Position numbers and translations under genes: made by a program. A stretch of 63,952 bases of DNA, counting the filler, from Dimargaris cristalligena (taxonomy: Eukaryota): assembly GCA_003614675.1 (NCBI GenBank). It is 4 parts of 4 records of this genome, joined end to end, with 100 filler letters (N's around TTAATTAATTAA, not from the genome) between each part and the next. Parts side by side here need not be neighbours in the genome. Positions count along the whole stretch, not along the records: positions 32,991 to 49,280 come from ML002854.1; positions 49,381 to 63,952 come from ML002945.1; 2 more parts are not named here. One strand, written 5' to 3'. The first letter of the stretch is position 1, and every line of letters starts with the position of its first letter. The notes beneath the pieces are model-generated. The model was given only the letters and a program-made list of their open reading frames with translations, ran no database searches and was not told where the DNA came from. Below, piece after piece: positions 47,748 to 60,351 of the stretch.

Positions 47748-48233
47748 TGTATCAGACTATCTAATCTGCCCTAATCCAGACACCTTAGTATCTATTCCTA
47801 TTAGGCCTTATAGCACCATATTAGCCTTCCCATAGTCACCCCTAGTACTATGGGATCACCCTATACCATATAACCTTTCCCCTTCTGGACCTCATCTCTT
47901 TACACTAATTACTCAAGTACTGATCCAAAGACTCTTCCAGACCCTAATAGCCATCCAGTTAGCCTACTTTACTACACCTTAGTCTTAGCAGTATCATTCC
48001 CCCAGGGCCTCCCTCTGGAGTTGCCCCCTGCATATATATAACTGGGCCCCATTGGGACCAGTTAGGTTCTGAAGCTTATTCTTACCCCCCTTAGTTTATC
48101 CCAATAAACTCTATATATGCACACTGCCCTTATACTGACTAGTAAGTGTGCCTGCTGCATATTCCTTACCTATACCTACATTGAAGCCGTTATTAGTTAG
48201 TACTATATCTATACCTAATGCTAGTGGCTTACT
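47748..48233 (+). repeat. LTR-like repeat, copy 1 (~490 bp, degenerate)
   Basis: Direct repeat of 48778-49277. It starts with TGT, contains TATATATAACTGGGCCCC and AATAAACTCTATATA, and is CpG-depleted. Confidence 0.65.
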
Positions 48234-48405
48234 TAGTTAAGGCCAAGCCCCAGCTACCATTAGAAGCCTATCCTCGGGACTCTTGACAGATTAAGAGTGG
48301 CTAACCCAGGTGACATTACAAATGGTATTATAAAATACCCCCAATTCATTTTATTGAGTGAGTTACACCAGTTAACCATAGTAATCAATAAAAAATAGTA
48401 TATGT

Positions 48406-48541
48406 GGGTGAAGTTCAGCTTGGCTGTATAGGGTTTTAAATGATATGTGTATGGGAAAACTAGTGGGATGTTTATTTTCAACTAGTAGTACTTGCCTTAT
48501 CAAATAGATTTTTTGTTATACAGCCTTGTTGAATTACTCCC
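48406..48541 (+). mobile_element. MITE copy 4 (136 bp, ATGT TSD)
   Basis: ATGT|GGGTGAAGTTCAGCTTGGCTGTATAG...TTATACAGCCTTGTTGAATTACTCCC|ATGT. Confidence 0.88.
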
Positions 48542-48777
48542 ATGTGCTGCTGTGGGCAGCTGGGCCAAGGCTGCATAAGCACTGGTACCAGTTACTAATC
48601 CAAGAAGTAGTTATACTTTAGATGAATTTGAGGTCCCCAGATAATAGACAAGTTGATTCTATGGGAACAGTCTGGGACTAAAAGTATTATTCTATTTCTT
48701 TTAATAAGCTGATTCTCCTTTCTTTCAGCTTTCCAACTTATTATTCTATTCATATTTCTATTTATTATTAATGAAGT

Positions 48778-49277
48778 TGTAGGCCCTCCTAATCTGACTT
48801 AATCCAGACTTAACAATCATCTGCCCTTATTAGGCCTTATAGCACCATATTAACCCTCCCATAGTCACCCCCAGTACTCTGGGATTATCATTTAGTATAT
48901 GACCCTTCTCCTTCTAACCCCAACTCTTTACACAAAACACTCAACCTACTGATCCAAAGACTCTTCCAGTTCCCATAAGAGTCTTCCAGATATGAAGCCA
49001 TCTGGTTATCTATCTATCTACCTATACCTTAGTCTTAGTAGTATTTCCCTTGGGACCTCCCTCTGGAGCTGTCCCCATATATATATAACTGGGCCCCACT
49101 GGGACTGGTTTAATTCCTTAGCTTATTCATACCCCCCAGTTTACCTCAATAAACTCTATATACACTCACCCCCTTATACTAACTAGTAAGTGTACCTGCT
49201 GCACGTCCCTGACATTTACCTGCATTATCCTTTTCTGGTTAGTACTACACCCCCATCCTAACACTAGTAGCGCACCA
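48778..49277 (+). repeat. LTR-like repeat, copy 2, abutting the contig end
   Basis: Shares CTAATCTG...TATTAGGCCTTATAGCACCATATTA...CTGATCCAAAGACTCTTCCAG...AATAAACTCTATATA...ACTAGTAAGTGT with copy 1; many differences are C/T or G/A. Confidence 0.65.
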
Positions 49278-49280
49278 TGG

Positions 49281-49380
49281 NNNNNNNNNNNNNNNNNNNN
49301 NNNNNNNNNNNNNNNNNNNNNNNNTTAATTAATTAANNNNNNNNNNNNNNNNNNNNNNNNNNNNNNNNNNNNNNNNNNNN
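49281..49380. other. Artificial contig-joining linker
   Basis: N44-TTAATTAATTAA-N44. Confidence 0.97.
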
Positions 49381-52300
49381 TATACTCCAGCCAGCCATTT
49401 ATAGTTATATATATATTTCTCATTTCTTATAAACCCCGAATTAGCCGATTTTCCTCACACATTATTTTCAATTCTCTTATATTCCACTTAGTCTATTATT
49501 TTCATATTGCTCTATTTCTTTTTAGTAAATAAATTTGTAAAAAACCACAATGTCTTTCTCACCGCAAAGTGCTTCTACAACCCCACCATTGGCTGCACTA
49601 CAATCTGCCAATAACAAGGTCCCTGATAGTGGTTCGAACCTCCCGCCGAGTTTCCCGGCTTTTTCCCCCCATGACGTAATCCCCGACCTAACCGGTCCAC
49701 CGGGTCTCGACGCTACACTTCTGTACTGCTGCATAGTGCAGGTTTGAGGCAAGCTTATTTTTATCAATTCCTTATCAGGTCTATCAAACCCCCAGTCTAT
49801 TACCATTTATATTTTTGAAAACCAAAAACAAGTGCCAATGCTGAATTCATAGCCTAGAACTAGCCGTTATCTCTGAAATCGTGAGAGAAGGCGGTGGTTT
49901 CTAGGCTATGAGGGCATAAAGTGTTGAAGGATAATAGTCAAGGTGAGAGAAATCATAGTCAACGACCGTTCAGCGCCTGTTGTGATCATTCCACCTTAGT
50001 CTTGCAATTCGGATATAAAAACCCGCCTATTTTACTCCCTAGTTCGGGGAGAAATCCAGAGCAATCTGCTGAGAAAACGAACTAGTCATATATTACTGAT
50101 TTCACCACACTTATTCCTAAATAAATATTCCTTTATAAAAACCTATCTATTAATTTATCACTTTAACAAGGCCGTTGAAGAGCGAATATAAAGTAGCCAC
50201 GGTCCCCGAGCTCGAGATATATTCGTTCCTTTTAAAATGAAACGATTTACCAATTTTATTAAAGTTATTTCATTTAATTAAACACTATGTTCCGCTTGAA
50301 GCGTCCGTTCACTGGGAGCCCGGAGGTGTCTCCTCCACCCTCCACCCTCTCCATCCCGTCCCCACTCTCCACTTGAATGGTTGTTTCCGGCCTCCTCATC
50401 CTCACGGTCTGGTGCCCTTCAACCCGACAGGGTCACGCCGAACCCTCCTGGATCCCCGGGCCGTGGTACTACACTTCCAGATTAAAGACACCAAACGAAC
50501 CGCCCTGGGAATTCAACCCCATTTATTCTAAGCCAGACCAAAAGTACCTTCTTCATCGCATGCCCTTCCACCTTTTTAATTATCATTGTTATCCGGTAAG
50601 TACCCGTCAGTTACCCTAAACATTAATCTAGTAAGCCCCCTCCCACTGTCTAGGAAAATGACGGAGTCTTGGTATGTACAAGGAGGGAAGGGGATTCCTA
50701 TCCAACTAAAAAAAAATCAATTATGTTTACTTGAGATCCAAAAGCATTAGGGTTATCCTTAAGAATGGTATTGACTATGGTAGTGTATAGATTGCTCTGG
50801 GATATCAGCATATTATCAAAATCACAAATGTATGACACTGCCACTAAACTATAAACAACTTGGACGTATCTATCTCTTACCTAGTCACTGAGGGTGCCAA
50901 AATAAAAAATATAACAACAACTGGTAGTTAAATACACATTTCCTATTCCAATTACACTAAAATGGCTGTCCGTTATTTCTGGTCGGTCTATTGTTATAAT
51001 CTTTCACCAAAGGTTAGAAGGCTTTGCATTTCCTATTAGGGACGCAGTATTTTGACCATGACTATGCTAAGGCCGGGTGGTTATCATCCCATTGGTGGTT
51101 AAGCAAGTCCGGTAGGGTTTAATTTTGGCCATCAGCTATGCCTTACAATAGCTGCCAGGCGGATTCATCTCCATCAAATAAGGCATACCGTGAGTGACAA
51201 TGAAGGGCTTAGGCATTGTAGCTGGTCTGATCATCCTCGGGAGAATATATATATGGATATTCAGAATGTTTTTCTGCATTGTTATCATGTAAATATTATG
51301 TAATAGAAGCCTTCAGTCAATAACCTTGGTCATGTCCCTATATCCCAGATCTAGATATCGCAGGAAGAATACCTTAGGCCATAACACTATTCGATTATGC
51401 CTAACCATAATCCAATGACCATCTTACTATAGATCTTTTAATTACAGTAGCTATTGATGAAGCCATTTGACTAGGCCACAAAGTGAATGCTGGGGTATTG
51501 TTTCCCCATAAAGGTGTTGGGATAAATGCAAGGTTGCTATTCACTTTAAAGAGATAGTTAGGTACCAGTACAGTATAAATACAAGCGAGTTTCACCTCTG
51601 GTATCCATACCACATACTTATACACTTACCACCCCCCACCTTGTGCTTACACCTGCATGCTTCAATCTTTTATACTCTTTTCCTACCCGACCTAATCTTT
51701 CTCTCTCTCCTCCATTTTTTGAATGGCCGTACCAAGGCTTCCCTTTTTCTTCCCGATGGCCGTCGTTTTGAAGACGTACAGGCCCCATCCTGCAGCAATG
51801 CAGTAAGAAATTCATCATAGTCACCCCCAGCGGGGTGCCAATGGGTGCCCTCATTTTGTCTTGAGGGACTACCCTGTCTACGACCCCAAGCACAAGCTCT
51901 CTGAGGCTGACCGGGGTCGAGCAACTAACCCAGCCTCCAACTGAATAAATGACTTGGAGGTGCCTGCCAAAGCGCTGATTAAATGGACTTTGCCTATTGT
52001 ATATTTATATTTATACATATATTTGGATGTAATTAGCTGGCTATGGCATCCATTTTATATTCCGATTCCTATTCATTGAATTTATTATATCAATAAACCA
52101 ATCTGTCATTTTTAAAATTAGCATAGGATAAAAGCCGGCAATAAAGTAATTGGGCTGAATTATTACATATACCTATCATAATGCCACTGCGGCGATGTGG
52201 ATAATGGAGGGGATGTGGACGAGTGCCTTTGTTTGTTTTAATGGAAACTACTGAATCATCCAGCCGAAACAGCTAAACTGATATCTAAAATACCAAGGCT

Positions 52301-54009
52301 AACTACATATACCAGTTGGTGTGGTATTTTCGGTCTTTTTATAAATTGACAGCACTGCTGATTAACATTTTAATAAAAACAAGTGTCGGTAACTACAAAT
52401 ATGCTATATATTAACCCGTTGAAATGTTCGTTGCAGTTTTGAGGGATAATTACATGATAGCAATGGCTATGCAATTTTTATATTAATTTTACCGATCCAA
52501 CATGTTTCCACTATCTGCCATGCAAAAAAATATGTTTATACTCGGATTGGATTTAAGACAATCAGTGTTACACACACGTATCTAGAGCCCTGTGATATTA
52601 ATTTCTTAATGGGTTGAAAAGATACTAGATCTAAGCGAATCGTTTCCGGGTCAAACGATCTGCAGATGTTAGTGTAGGCGACCAATTAAAGAGCCCACCG
52701 GTGAGGCCGCCGCCCTGGGGTTAAATTTATTTAGATATATTCACCATCGAGTTAGGTAAACTACAATCGCCTTGGTAGTGTAAATAAAGTTAGATAGACG
52801 CGACCGGCATTGCCTCAATTATATAGATACCTATGTATGTCCTTGTTATTAAAATAATGAAATCTCTCCCCTTTTTGAGAGTGTGGTAACCTGAGCCGAG
52901 AAAAAAGGTGCGTCACCACCCTGTTGATGTATGAAAAGTGTCAAACTTGACTAGGGGTTATTTAAGTTAGCCCCATACATTTTTATGGAACAAATATAGC
53001 ACCTTTAGTATAGCTCCTGTTAATGAGCGGTTGAGCAAGTGGATAGCTAAATAGGATAGTGGTTTATTGGAAAATGAATAATAATAATAGATTGTATAAT
53101 AGTAGTGATTGGGTAATAGATTGTAAGCGAATATGGGGATAGTTATCTAAGGTTTGCCAGAATGCCAATCGGCTCTTCCTTTATATTAAAGGATCGAGTG
53201 GACAGGTAGAGAGGAGTGTGAACAGCCACACCTGTTATCTGTGTGGAGGGTCTAAATCCTGGACCGGTCTAAGGTTAGGATTGAGTGCAACATCACTGGG
53301 GGCCTGGAAGTACGCATATAAAGGCGGGCTATGTGTAGTAAATGATACTGAGTCAGTTCTAGCTGTATAGCTAAGTTCTTATCCTCCGGGGTGGTTCTAC
53401 CCTGGCTATGGGACGCTGGTCTGTTTGGTTGGTGCTGGGTACTACAGTCGGTTCAGCATTAACACCCCCTTGGTATATATAGATAGATATAGATAATAAT
53501 AGTAATAGTAATTGGGTGGTAGTTCCAATCAATTGAGCATTGAGAGTTTGGGATCGGGTGGCCGGAATTACTAAGGGTTATATATAAATAGTTAGCCCCC
53601 TACATTTTTACGGGAAATAGCGGCTTTATAGATAGATAAATAGATATAAATAACGGAGGGTGGATAGCCTCACATGCTATTCCTTGTGAAACATAGTTTG
53701 TATATCCATAACCCTATGTAGGTAGATAGTCGCACCATCCCCCTCCTAAAGTAATAAAGTCCAGGATAATACGTCTCGGTCAAGGAATTGACTCGGAGGT
53801 GCCTAGACACCTGTTGGGGTGGACATTATGCCCACAGGCTAAATAATTAAACATATGCCGGTCATGACCGGCCATCAGCAGTGCAACAAGGACTGTCGAA
53901 ACAAGGGCCATATGTAAGAAGCTCGGTCCAATCGAAAATCAAAAATTACCAGACCAATGCCATTATAGGATATTCACCGGCCAAATAATGGCCTATTTGT
54001 TTAAAATAT

Positions 54010-54145
54010 GGGAGAGGTTCAACCAGGCTGTATAACGAAAAATCCGTTGGATAAGGCGAATGCTACTGGTCAAGCATGGATATCCCGCCTATCTTTCCGT
54101 TCATGTATTCTTCAAAACCCTATACAGCTGGGTCGAATTTCATCT
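54010..54145 (-). mobile_element. MITE copy 5 (136 bp, reverse orientation, ATAT TSD)
   Basis: ATAT|GGGAGAGGTTCAACCAGGCTGTATAACGAAAAATCC...CTATACAGCTGGGTCGAATTTCATCT|ATAT; it is the reverse complement of the other copies. Confidence 0.88.
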
Positions 54146-54622
54146 ATATGCAAATAATAGCACCAATCTGACTATTAGTGGACAAATGTAATAGTAATAG
54201 ATAGTGGACAACAGCCTATACTAGCAAAGATGCTTCCTCCCCTCCTCTCAGTCCACCTAAGCATATCATCAGCCAGCAATAGGGATGCTTAATACTGCCG
54301 AGTTTTCAAAAAGTCGATCTATTTATTACTAGCAGGAGAACGTAGCTTCTATTTGATGTGCTTAAAAACATTATAAGTCGAGCCATACTATACCGACGTC
54401 TATAAAGGATGTAGGGTTATACTTATTCTAACACGGTATTTTTTATTTAGTACTACATGAACGGTCTATTGGTATGAATTGGGACCCGATTATTCCGCCT
54501 AGTGCAGGAATGGCCCTCGTCGTTTCCGTTAGGAAGGTAGGGGAGGCAATACCACTAAAGGTTATTCTTATATTGGCAAGGGGAGCGAAGGAAGACCAAG
54601 GAAGTTCGCTAGATCCCCTAAT

Positions 54623-56788
54623 CTATCTTCGTCTCGGACTCCGACTACGACTGCGACTGTGGTCGTGAGTGCGAGTTCGGCTATGGTCTCGACGATTCTC
54701 AGAGGTTCGACGGTCACGGTGGGAGCGCCGCTCACGAGTAGGTGACGATTGGTGGTGGCTGCGGCATTGTTGGCGATCGAGTCGCTCCAAGGATTCATCC
54801 AGAGAACGAGGGGGCGGCGTTGGGGACCGAATGCTGGGCGACGACTGCGCAGGAGTGGCTTCCTTGTTCTCATTGACATATTTAGCCTTCTACTCGGGAA
54901 TGGAAGACATGTAATAAAATAATTCAGATAGTATAGTCAGCACCCTCGCGAAACAGTTTGATCGGAAAACCCATCTAGTTGTTTGAATCGGGGGGGGGGG
55001 GGGGGGGGACTTGTGATATAGGTATAGAGTATATCGGTGCTAGAGTAATTGGCCAAGCAGACCTGGGTTCAGAGTAAGTCATTAAAAACCCCCCACTAAA
55101 AGTACACGGCGTGAATAGAAAATATTAAACGATGGGGCTTACCATCTGGGCAGCAAGCTGTTCAGCCCGCTGGCGAAAATCGGCTTGTTGCTGGCTAAGG
55201 TCACCCTGTTTTTGGGTGATTTGGGCCTGGATGCGCTCACTTTCAGCCTTGATTTCAAAAAAAAGGCAAGTGCCATAGAATGGGTGGGGGAAGAACACAA
55301 TGATATAAAGGCTATTGTTAGGATCTAGTCAAGAGGATAACCCAGGCATATGACTAGAGAATGGTCAAAATACGATCGTCGGCCCAACTTCCTTGGGTGT
55401 GCCTCCTGGCTTACTTTTTTATTCAGAATTTCACGCTTTTTCTGTTCAAGAAATTCCGGGGGGATACCCCCCAAGCTGTTCTGTGCACTAATCAGTAGTT
55501 TCCACAGATCCAGGACAAACACGGGTGCCTTACGGCTTAGAAAGCCAGTCAGGTTGATTTGCATGTCTTTGGGGTCGGGCGACTAGATTTCAAAAAAAAA
55601 AAAAAAAAGCGACACATCTGTATAGCAATCGATTGGGTTAGAATAAGCATGGAACATTGGGAAATATGAATTTCTTATAATCATATATATTATCCGGCAG
55701 CCGGGGTGCATAGCATAAATCGAGGGGTTTGTTTAAAAAAAACGCACTTACATTCTCCTCGAGCATACCGAGGACAAATTCAATCACCACTTCGTCTTCG
55801 AAGCCTAGATGCTCGGTGATCTGCTGGGTAACCCAGGGCCGAATTACCGTCATATTTACTTTGCGTAGGTTGACCTATTGGGGAATCGGAGATTTTACAA
55901 TGGACCCTATCGATTAGTTACAATATACATCACCGAGCTAAATCCGGGGTATTTGGTGTATTCCGGTAGTGGTGACGCGGTGACGTTGGGAAATAAATAT
56001 CGGAAACAATGGGGTACTAACTAAGAATTAATAGGCTACCTTGGTGTTGAATTCCGCCGGGAACTCGGTCGTTTTACGCAGCTTCTTCTGCTTGTCACTG
56101 AATCGCGGATCCTGCTCGGCATTTGTGCCCTGCACAATATAATCAAGAGAGTCAGCGAGCCGATAAGCACGCGTTATTTCGTGTCAAAAAAGGGGTAGGT
56201 GCCAACAAACGAACGGAAGACGACACAGTAAAAAGAATGAGAATGCACGTATAAAAGAGGTATATTTTAGTGTGGGGGTATGGAAAATCATCGCCAATTC
56301 TAAATCAGGGCTGGATTAACTAAACAAGAAGCTCCAGTAATCGGGGTGGAAAGAACCATGGGTGAAGCATTTCGGTCAAATTGCGCCAATATCTCGAACC
56401 AGCCAAACAGTATCCCAAAAATGAACATCGACCCGCGAATTATTCCCAAGGATGCCGCGCGGTGTAGCCATGACAATTGCTATTAAGAAGGGCAGCCGTC
56501 CGTGTGTCTTTGGGAGGGTTAAATGTGTCACCATTTTTATATTAAAGAGCAACACGCGCGGGCAGGGGGATGATATACAGGCTTTGGAGAAGAGAGTGGG
56601 ATGGTGGAACCAGTTCCAATTACTCGATGGGATTAGTAACTATTCAAACGCGCCGACAGTACACCAGATAGAAGGCATGGCAGCCTAAGGCCAGGGTGTA
56701 GAGCAGCCTAGTACATTGGCAATAGTACTCCTTGAGTCGACCTTTCCGAGTATAAAAGGACACTTACTCGGAAGAAACTGGCATCCAT
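54623..56788 (-). CDS. PWI-domain splicing factor (SRRM1/SRm160-like) with RS tail, 6 exons
   Basis: MDASFFR|GTNAEQDPRFSDKQKKLRKTTEFPAEFNTK|VNLRKVNMTVIRPWVTQQITEHLGFEDEVVIEFVLGMLEEN|SPDPKDMQINLTGFL...LWKLLISAQ...GIPPEFLEQKK...RSRSRSPRRR*. Confidence 0.92.
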
Positions 56789-57458
56789 GGTCGGCTAAAA
56801 AGTTAAGGGAGCAGCGGGAGGGGTGTTGAAAGAACGAGGTTAGAGAAACCAAATGAAAAGGATGGAGAGGTTCAATGAGGGATATTAAATATATTTGAGA
56901 AAGCAAGCTGAAGCAATTGTAGAACATAAAACCAGCGGAAAGCGATTGGCGGGAATTAGCGAAGATTGGCTCATTCCTATTTCTATTCCTATTTCCAGTC
57001 CCAGTCTCGTTTGTTTTTGAATTGGCTAGTATAACCAGAGTATTACCACCAACCCTTGGGAGACTGTAACTGGAGTTACTCATAAACACGGTAAGCAAGG
57101 GCCCCTTCCCTGGTTGACGAGATTAGGCATCCTTTGTTCTACTTGGTTTTTTACTTTTGTTGGTGTGGTCTACCTATTTAGTTGGCCGTAAGTTCCCTCC
57201 CCGAAGTGATCTGCCCAACTGCTTCTTTTCTTATTAAACCCTCCTCCTGGCATCTTTCTCAGCGATTGTGATGGGTAAGCATAACACACCAAAATAGGCC
57301 TCTACTCATCTTACTCTGTTGTAAGGGCCATTTTACATTGGCCGTCCTTTTTATTCCTTACTTGAGGGGAGGTGTTTTTTTCTACCTTTCATATTAGTAT
57401 ACCTTTCCCCCAGCTACCTGCGTTGTGCTTTCTATATTGATTTAGTGCCTGGTTCACC

Positions 57459-57935
57459 ATGTCGGGTATTTGTCAAACCCGTCTCATCGAAGAACGCAAA
57501 CAATGGCGTAGAGATCACCCGTATGGCTTTTTCGCTCGCCCCACCAAGACCGCCGATGGCACATTGGACCTAATGAACTGGCAGGCCGGCATTCCGGGTA
57601 AAACTGGCACCGATTGGGAGCATGGTATCTACAAATTGACCATCAGCTTTCCCGAAGAATACCCTACCAAGCCACCCAAGTGCAAATTCACCCCACCCCT
57701 CTTCCACCCCAATGTCTATCCCACCGGCACTGTGTGTCTTTCCATCGTCAATGCCGACGAGGACTGGAAACCCGGTATTACCTTAAAACAGATTCTGCTT
57801 GGAATTCAGGACTTGCTCGACGACCCTAACCCCCTCAGCCCAGCCCAGGCAGACGCCTATAATTTGTTCCGTAAGAACCGCGAGATGTACCAGAAACGTG
57901 TCCGGCAACAGGCAAAGGAAAATATCCCCCAATAA
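57459..57935 (+). CDS. UBC9: SUMO-conjugating enzyme E2 Ubc9
   Basis: [50 protein letters not shown] (catalytic Cys), [18 protein letters not shown]; 158 aa. Confidence 0.97.
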   Translation: MSGICQTRLIEERKQWRRDHPYGFFARPTKTADGTLDLMNWQAGIPGKTGTDWEHGIYKLTISFPEEYPTKPPKCKFTPPLFHPNVYPTGTVCLSIVNADEDWKPGITLKQILLGIQDLLDDPNPLSPAQADAYNLFRKNREMYQKRVRQQAKENIPQ

Positions 57936-60351
57936 AGAACCGGAGAGTTATCCCACCCATCTTGACTATAAAGAGAACCATCAGTGGTGTGTGTACTACC
58001 TATAGCCTACAGTGTGTAGTTAGTTGGTTTCCCCCCACCCAATTCACCCCCCCCCCCAAAAAGCTTGTTTATGTTTTCAACTGGATCTCTTTTGGTTAAA
58101 TCTGTATTTCTGGTATTTTATATTCAATACATCATGTCTGCTTTTACAATGACGATTGTAGGTATGTGTCCTCTCCCCTTTTCTTGGTGAGAGGCATAAG
58201 GGGGTTAAGTGTATACTGGCTGTGTCCAGCAGACATTTACTGGTTTAGATAACAAAGAGCCAATACAGATCAAGGATACGCGCGTGGTAATTGTAGAGGA
58301 TTACTAATAGAATGTGGTTGTAGAAATAGGGGAGTAGTAGGGGCGCACTCATAGATGCTTGGCTGGTACGGCCTTATCTAATGACAATAACCTACACCAT
58401 TGAACCGGGGTGATTTTGATCAAGTTATCCTTTATTACGTTCCCTATGGATGGCAAATATGATCAAAAGGTCGCCTGCCTTAGATTCGCTTTAAATAAAA
58501 CTCTACTTCACCTGAACCGGAGTGAACCTAATATCCATCAGACGTTTTTAGCTAGAACAGTTTAATTTAATCCTTAGAACTATAGTGGATAGGTAAAGTT
58601 GGCGGGAGGTACTACTGGTCTCTCCCATCTAACTCACATAGGTGTCGCCCTTAGTACCTACCTACCTATATTTGCTATATATGACTTAGCAACCCTCAAT
58701 TCAGCGCCCTTTAAGAGCGATGGTTGGCCTGGTTGGATATAGGTCGCATGGCCCCCACACACGGGGTGTTCAGTTCGGCGCAGCTATTTAGGCCTTAACA
58801 GAGTTCACATGAGAGGTGTGATACTGGTGAAAAAAAGATCCGATTTAAGTAAATCCGACCTAATCAACCACCATACATATAGTCAAATCGGTTGTTCTCC
58901 CATGAGTATTGCTGGCTAGTTTATATTTATGATTCCATTATTAAAAATCATCACCTGTTTTCGCCCTTTTAGAATAAAGCCTATATAGTCCGTAGACTGT
59001 GGCGGTTTTGAAGGGGTATTCGGGAACCAGACTACTTTAATGCCTGCCATTCTAAAAGCCACCACCAGCTGCTCGTTGGTCTGTCACAATTGCTTACATT
59101 CCCTCCCTCTCAACTGGCTGCCTCTCACAGGGGCAGTTTCCAGGAAATGCGGGGGAAAGGAGTGGGTAGGTAGAAGCCTCTATAGTCTTGGTGGTCATAA
59201 GACTACTCGACTAACAGAGAAACACCCCCCACAAGTCCTTCATTCCCCTATGGGGCTTCTCGATCCTCCTTCCATTCTCCCGCCTTTATTGGCGCATACA
59301 GGGAGGGAGAGTTTCTTCCTTCTGTAGCTATTAGTAGTTGGCTTCTTTGGGGTGTTCCATTCTTCCTCTTTCTCCTTCCTTCCTTTCATTCTTGTCCTTT
59401 CCAGTTATACTTAATATTTCTCTGATCTCGTCCATAGTTCGTTAAACGACCCTCGCGTTCACAGCCCCATAAAACCCCCGCTCTATCCAGCTCGCGTTAC
59501 GATACTCCCAGCTCACTCTAATCCTCGCTTCTTCTCCATCATCTGCGCCTCCTTCCCTTCAACCCTCTCCATCCCTCGTCCTTGCTTGTGTTTTATTGAT
59601 TCTTGTGGTAGGTTTGTATGCTATTTCTTGTCTATTAGTTATTGTTTCTTTTTTGTGTAGCCCAACTTGTCCTGTTTTCAGCTAGTCGCTTTGTTCCCCT
59701 CTCTTCATGTTTTCTACTTTTGTTACAGCGGTGCTAAGCACCACTTCCCCCTCGCCCCGCCCCAAAGCCCCCGTGCATTCGGCCCCCCTGCCTCGTCTTC
59801 CCTCTTACTTGCATTCCTCAATCAGCTAGTGTTTTTAATTTCACCTGTACTTATAACGTTTGGTCGCTCGTCGCCATAGTGTTTCCTTATCCTATTTTTT
59901 AACCTTAAGAACCTTTCACTGGACTAGTCTCCATGTCATTTATCCCTTTTCTCAATATATTTTTTCTTCAGCTCCTTTGATTTTTGACCAGTAGCAGCGT
60001 CCCTGTCTTTATTTTCTCCAGCTCCTCATGTATGTACCGTTGAGTCCGATCCCAAGTACCCTTTTTTTATTTGGCGGCCGCTATGTCGGTCGAGGACTTG
60101 TGCGTTCAGTGGTCCAGCGTATGTTTGGCCCGATTCTATAGATGATATTCCTCGGTCTACACCGCGCCCCTCACAACTGGCTTTCTCTGACTTTTTACGC
60201 GTCTTTATCTAACCTAGCGCGTGTCTATTGCCTTCTTCCGTAACTTATTAGCCCCAATCCCAACAGAAGACCCCTTACTGTGCCCCCGGCCATTTGACAT
60301 CTCGCTTGGTTTACTCTAACCACTCCTCGCAATCCCAGATATTCTTTCGCC

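Noticed and set aside
49629..49652. GGTTCGAACC T-loop-like motif suggesting a tRNA
   Set aside because: No pairing T-stem, acceptor stem, D-arm or A-box could be built.
54008..54157. 49-codon ATG-initiated ORF spanning MITE copy 5
   Set aside because: The equivalent frame has stops in the other copies checked, so it is not a conserved coding function.
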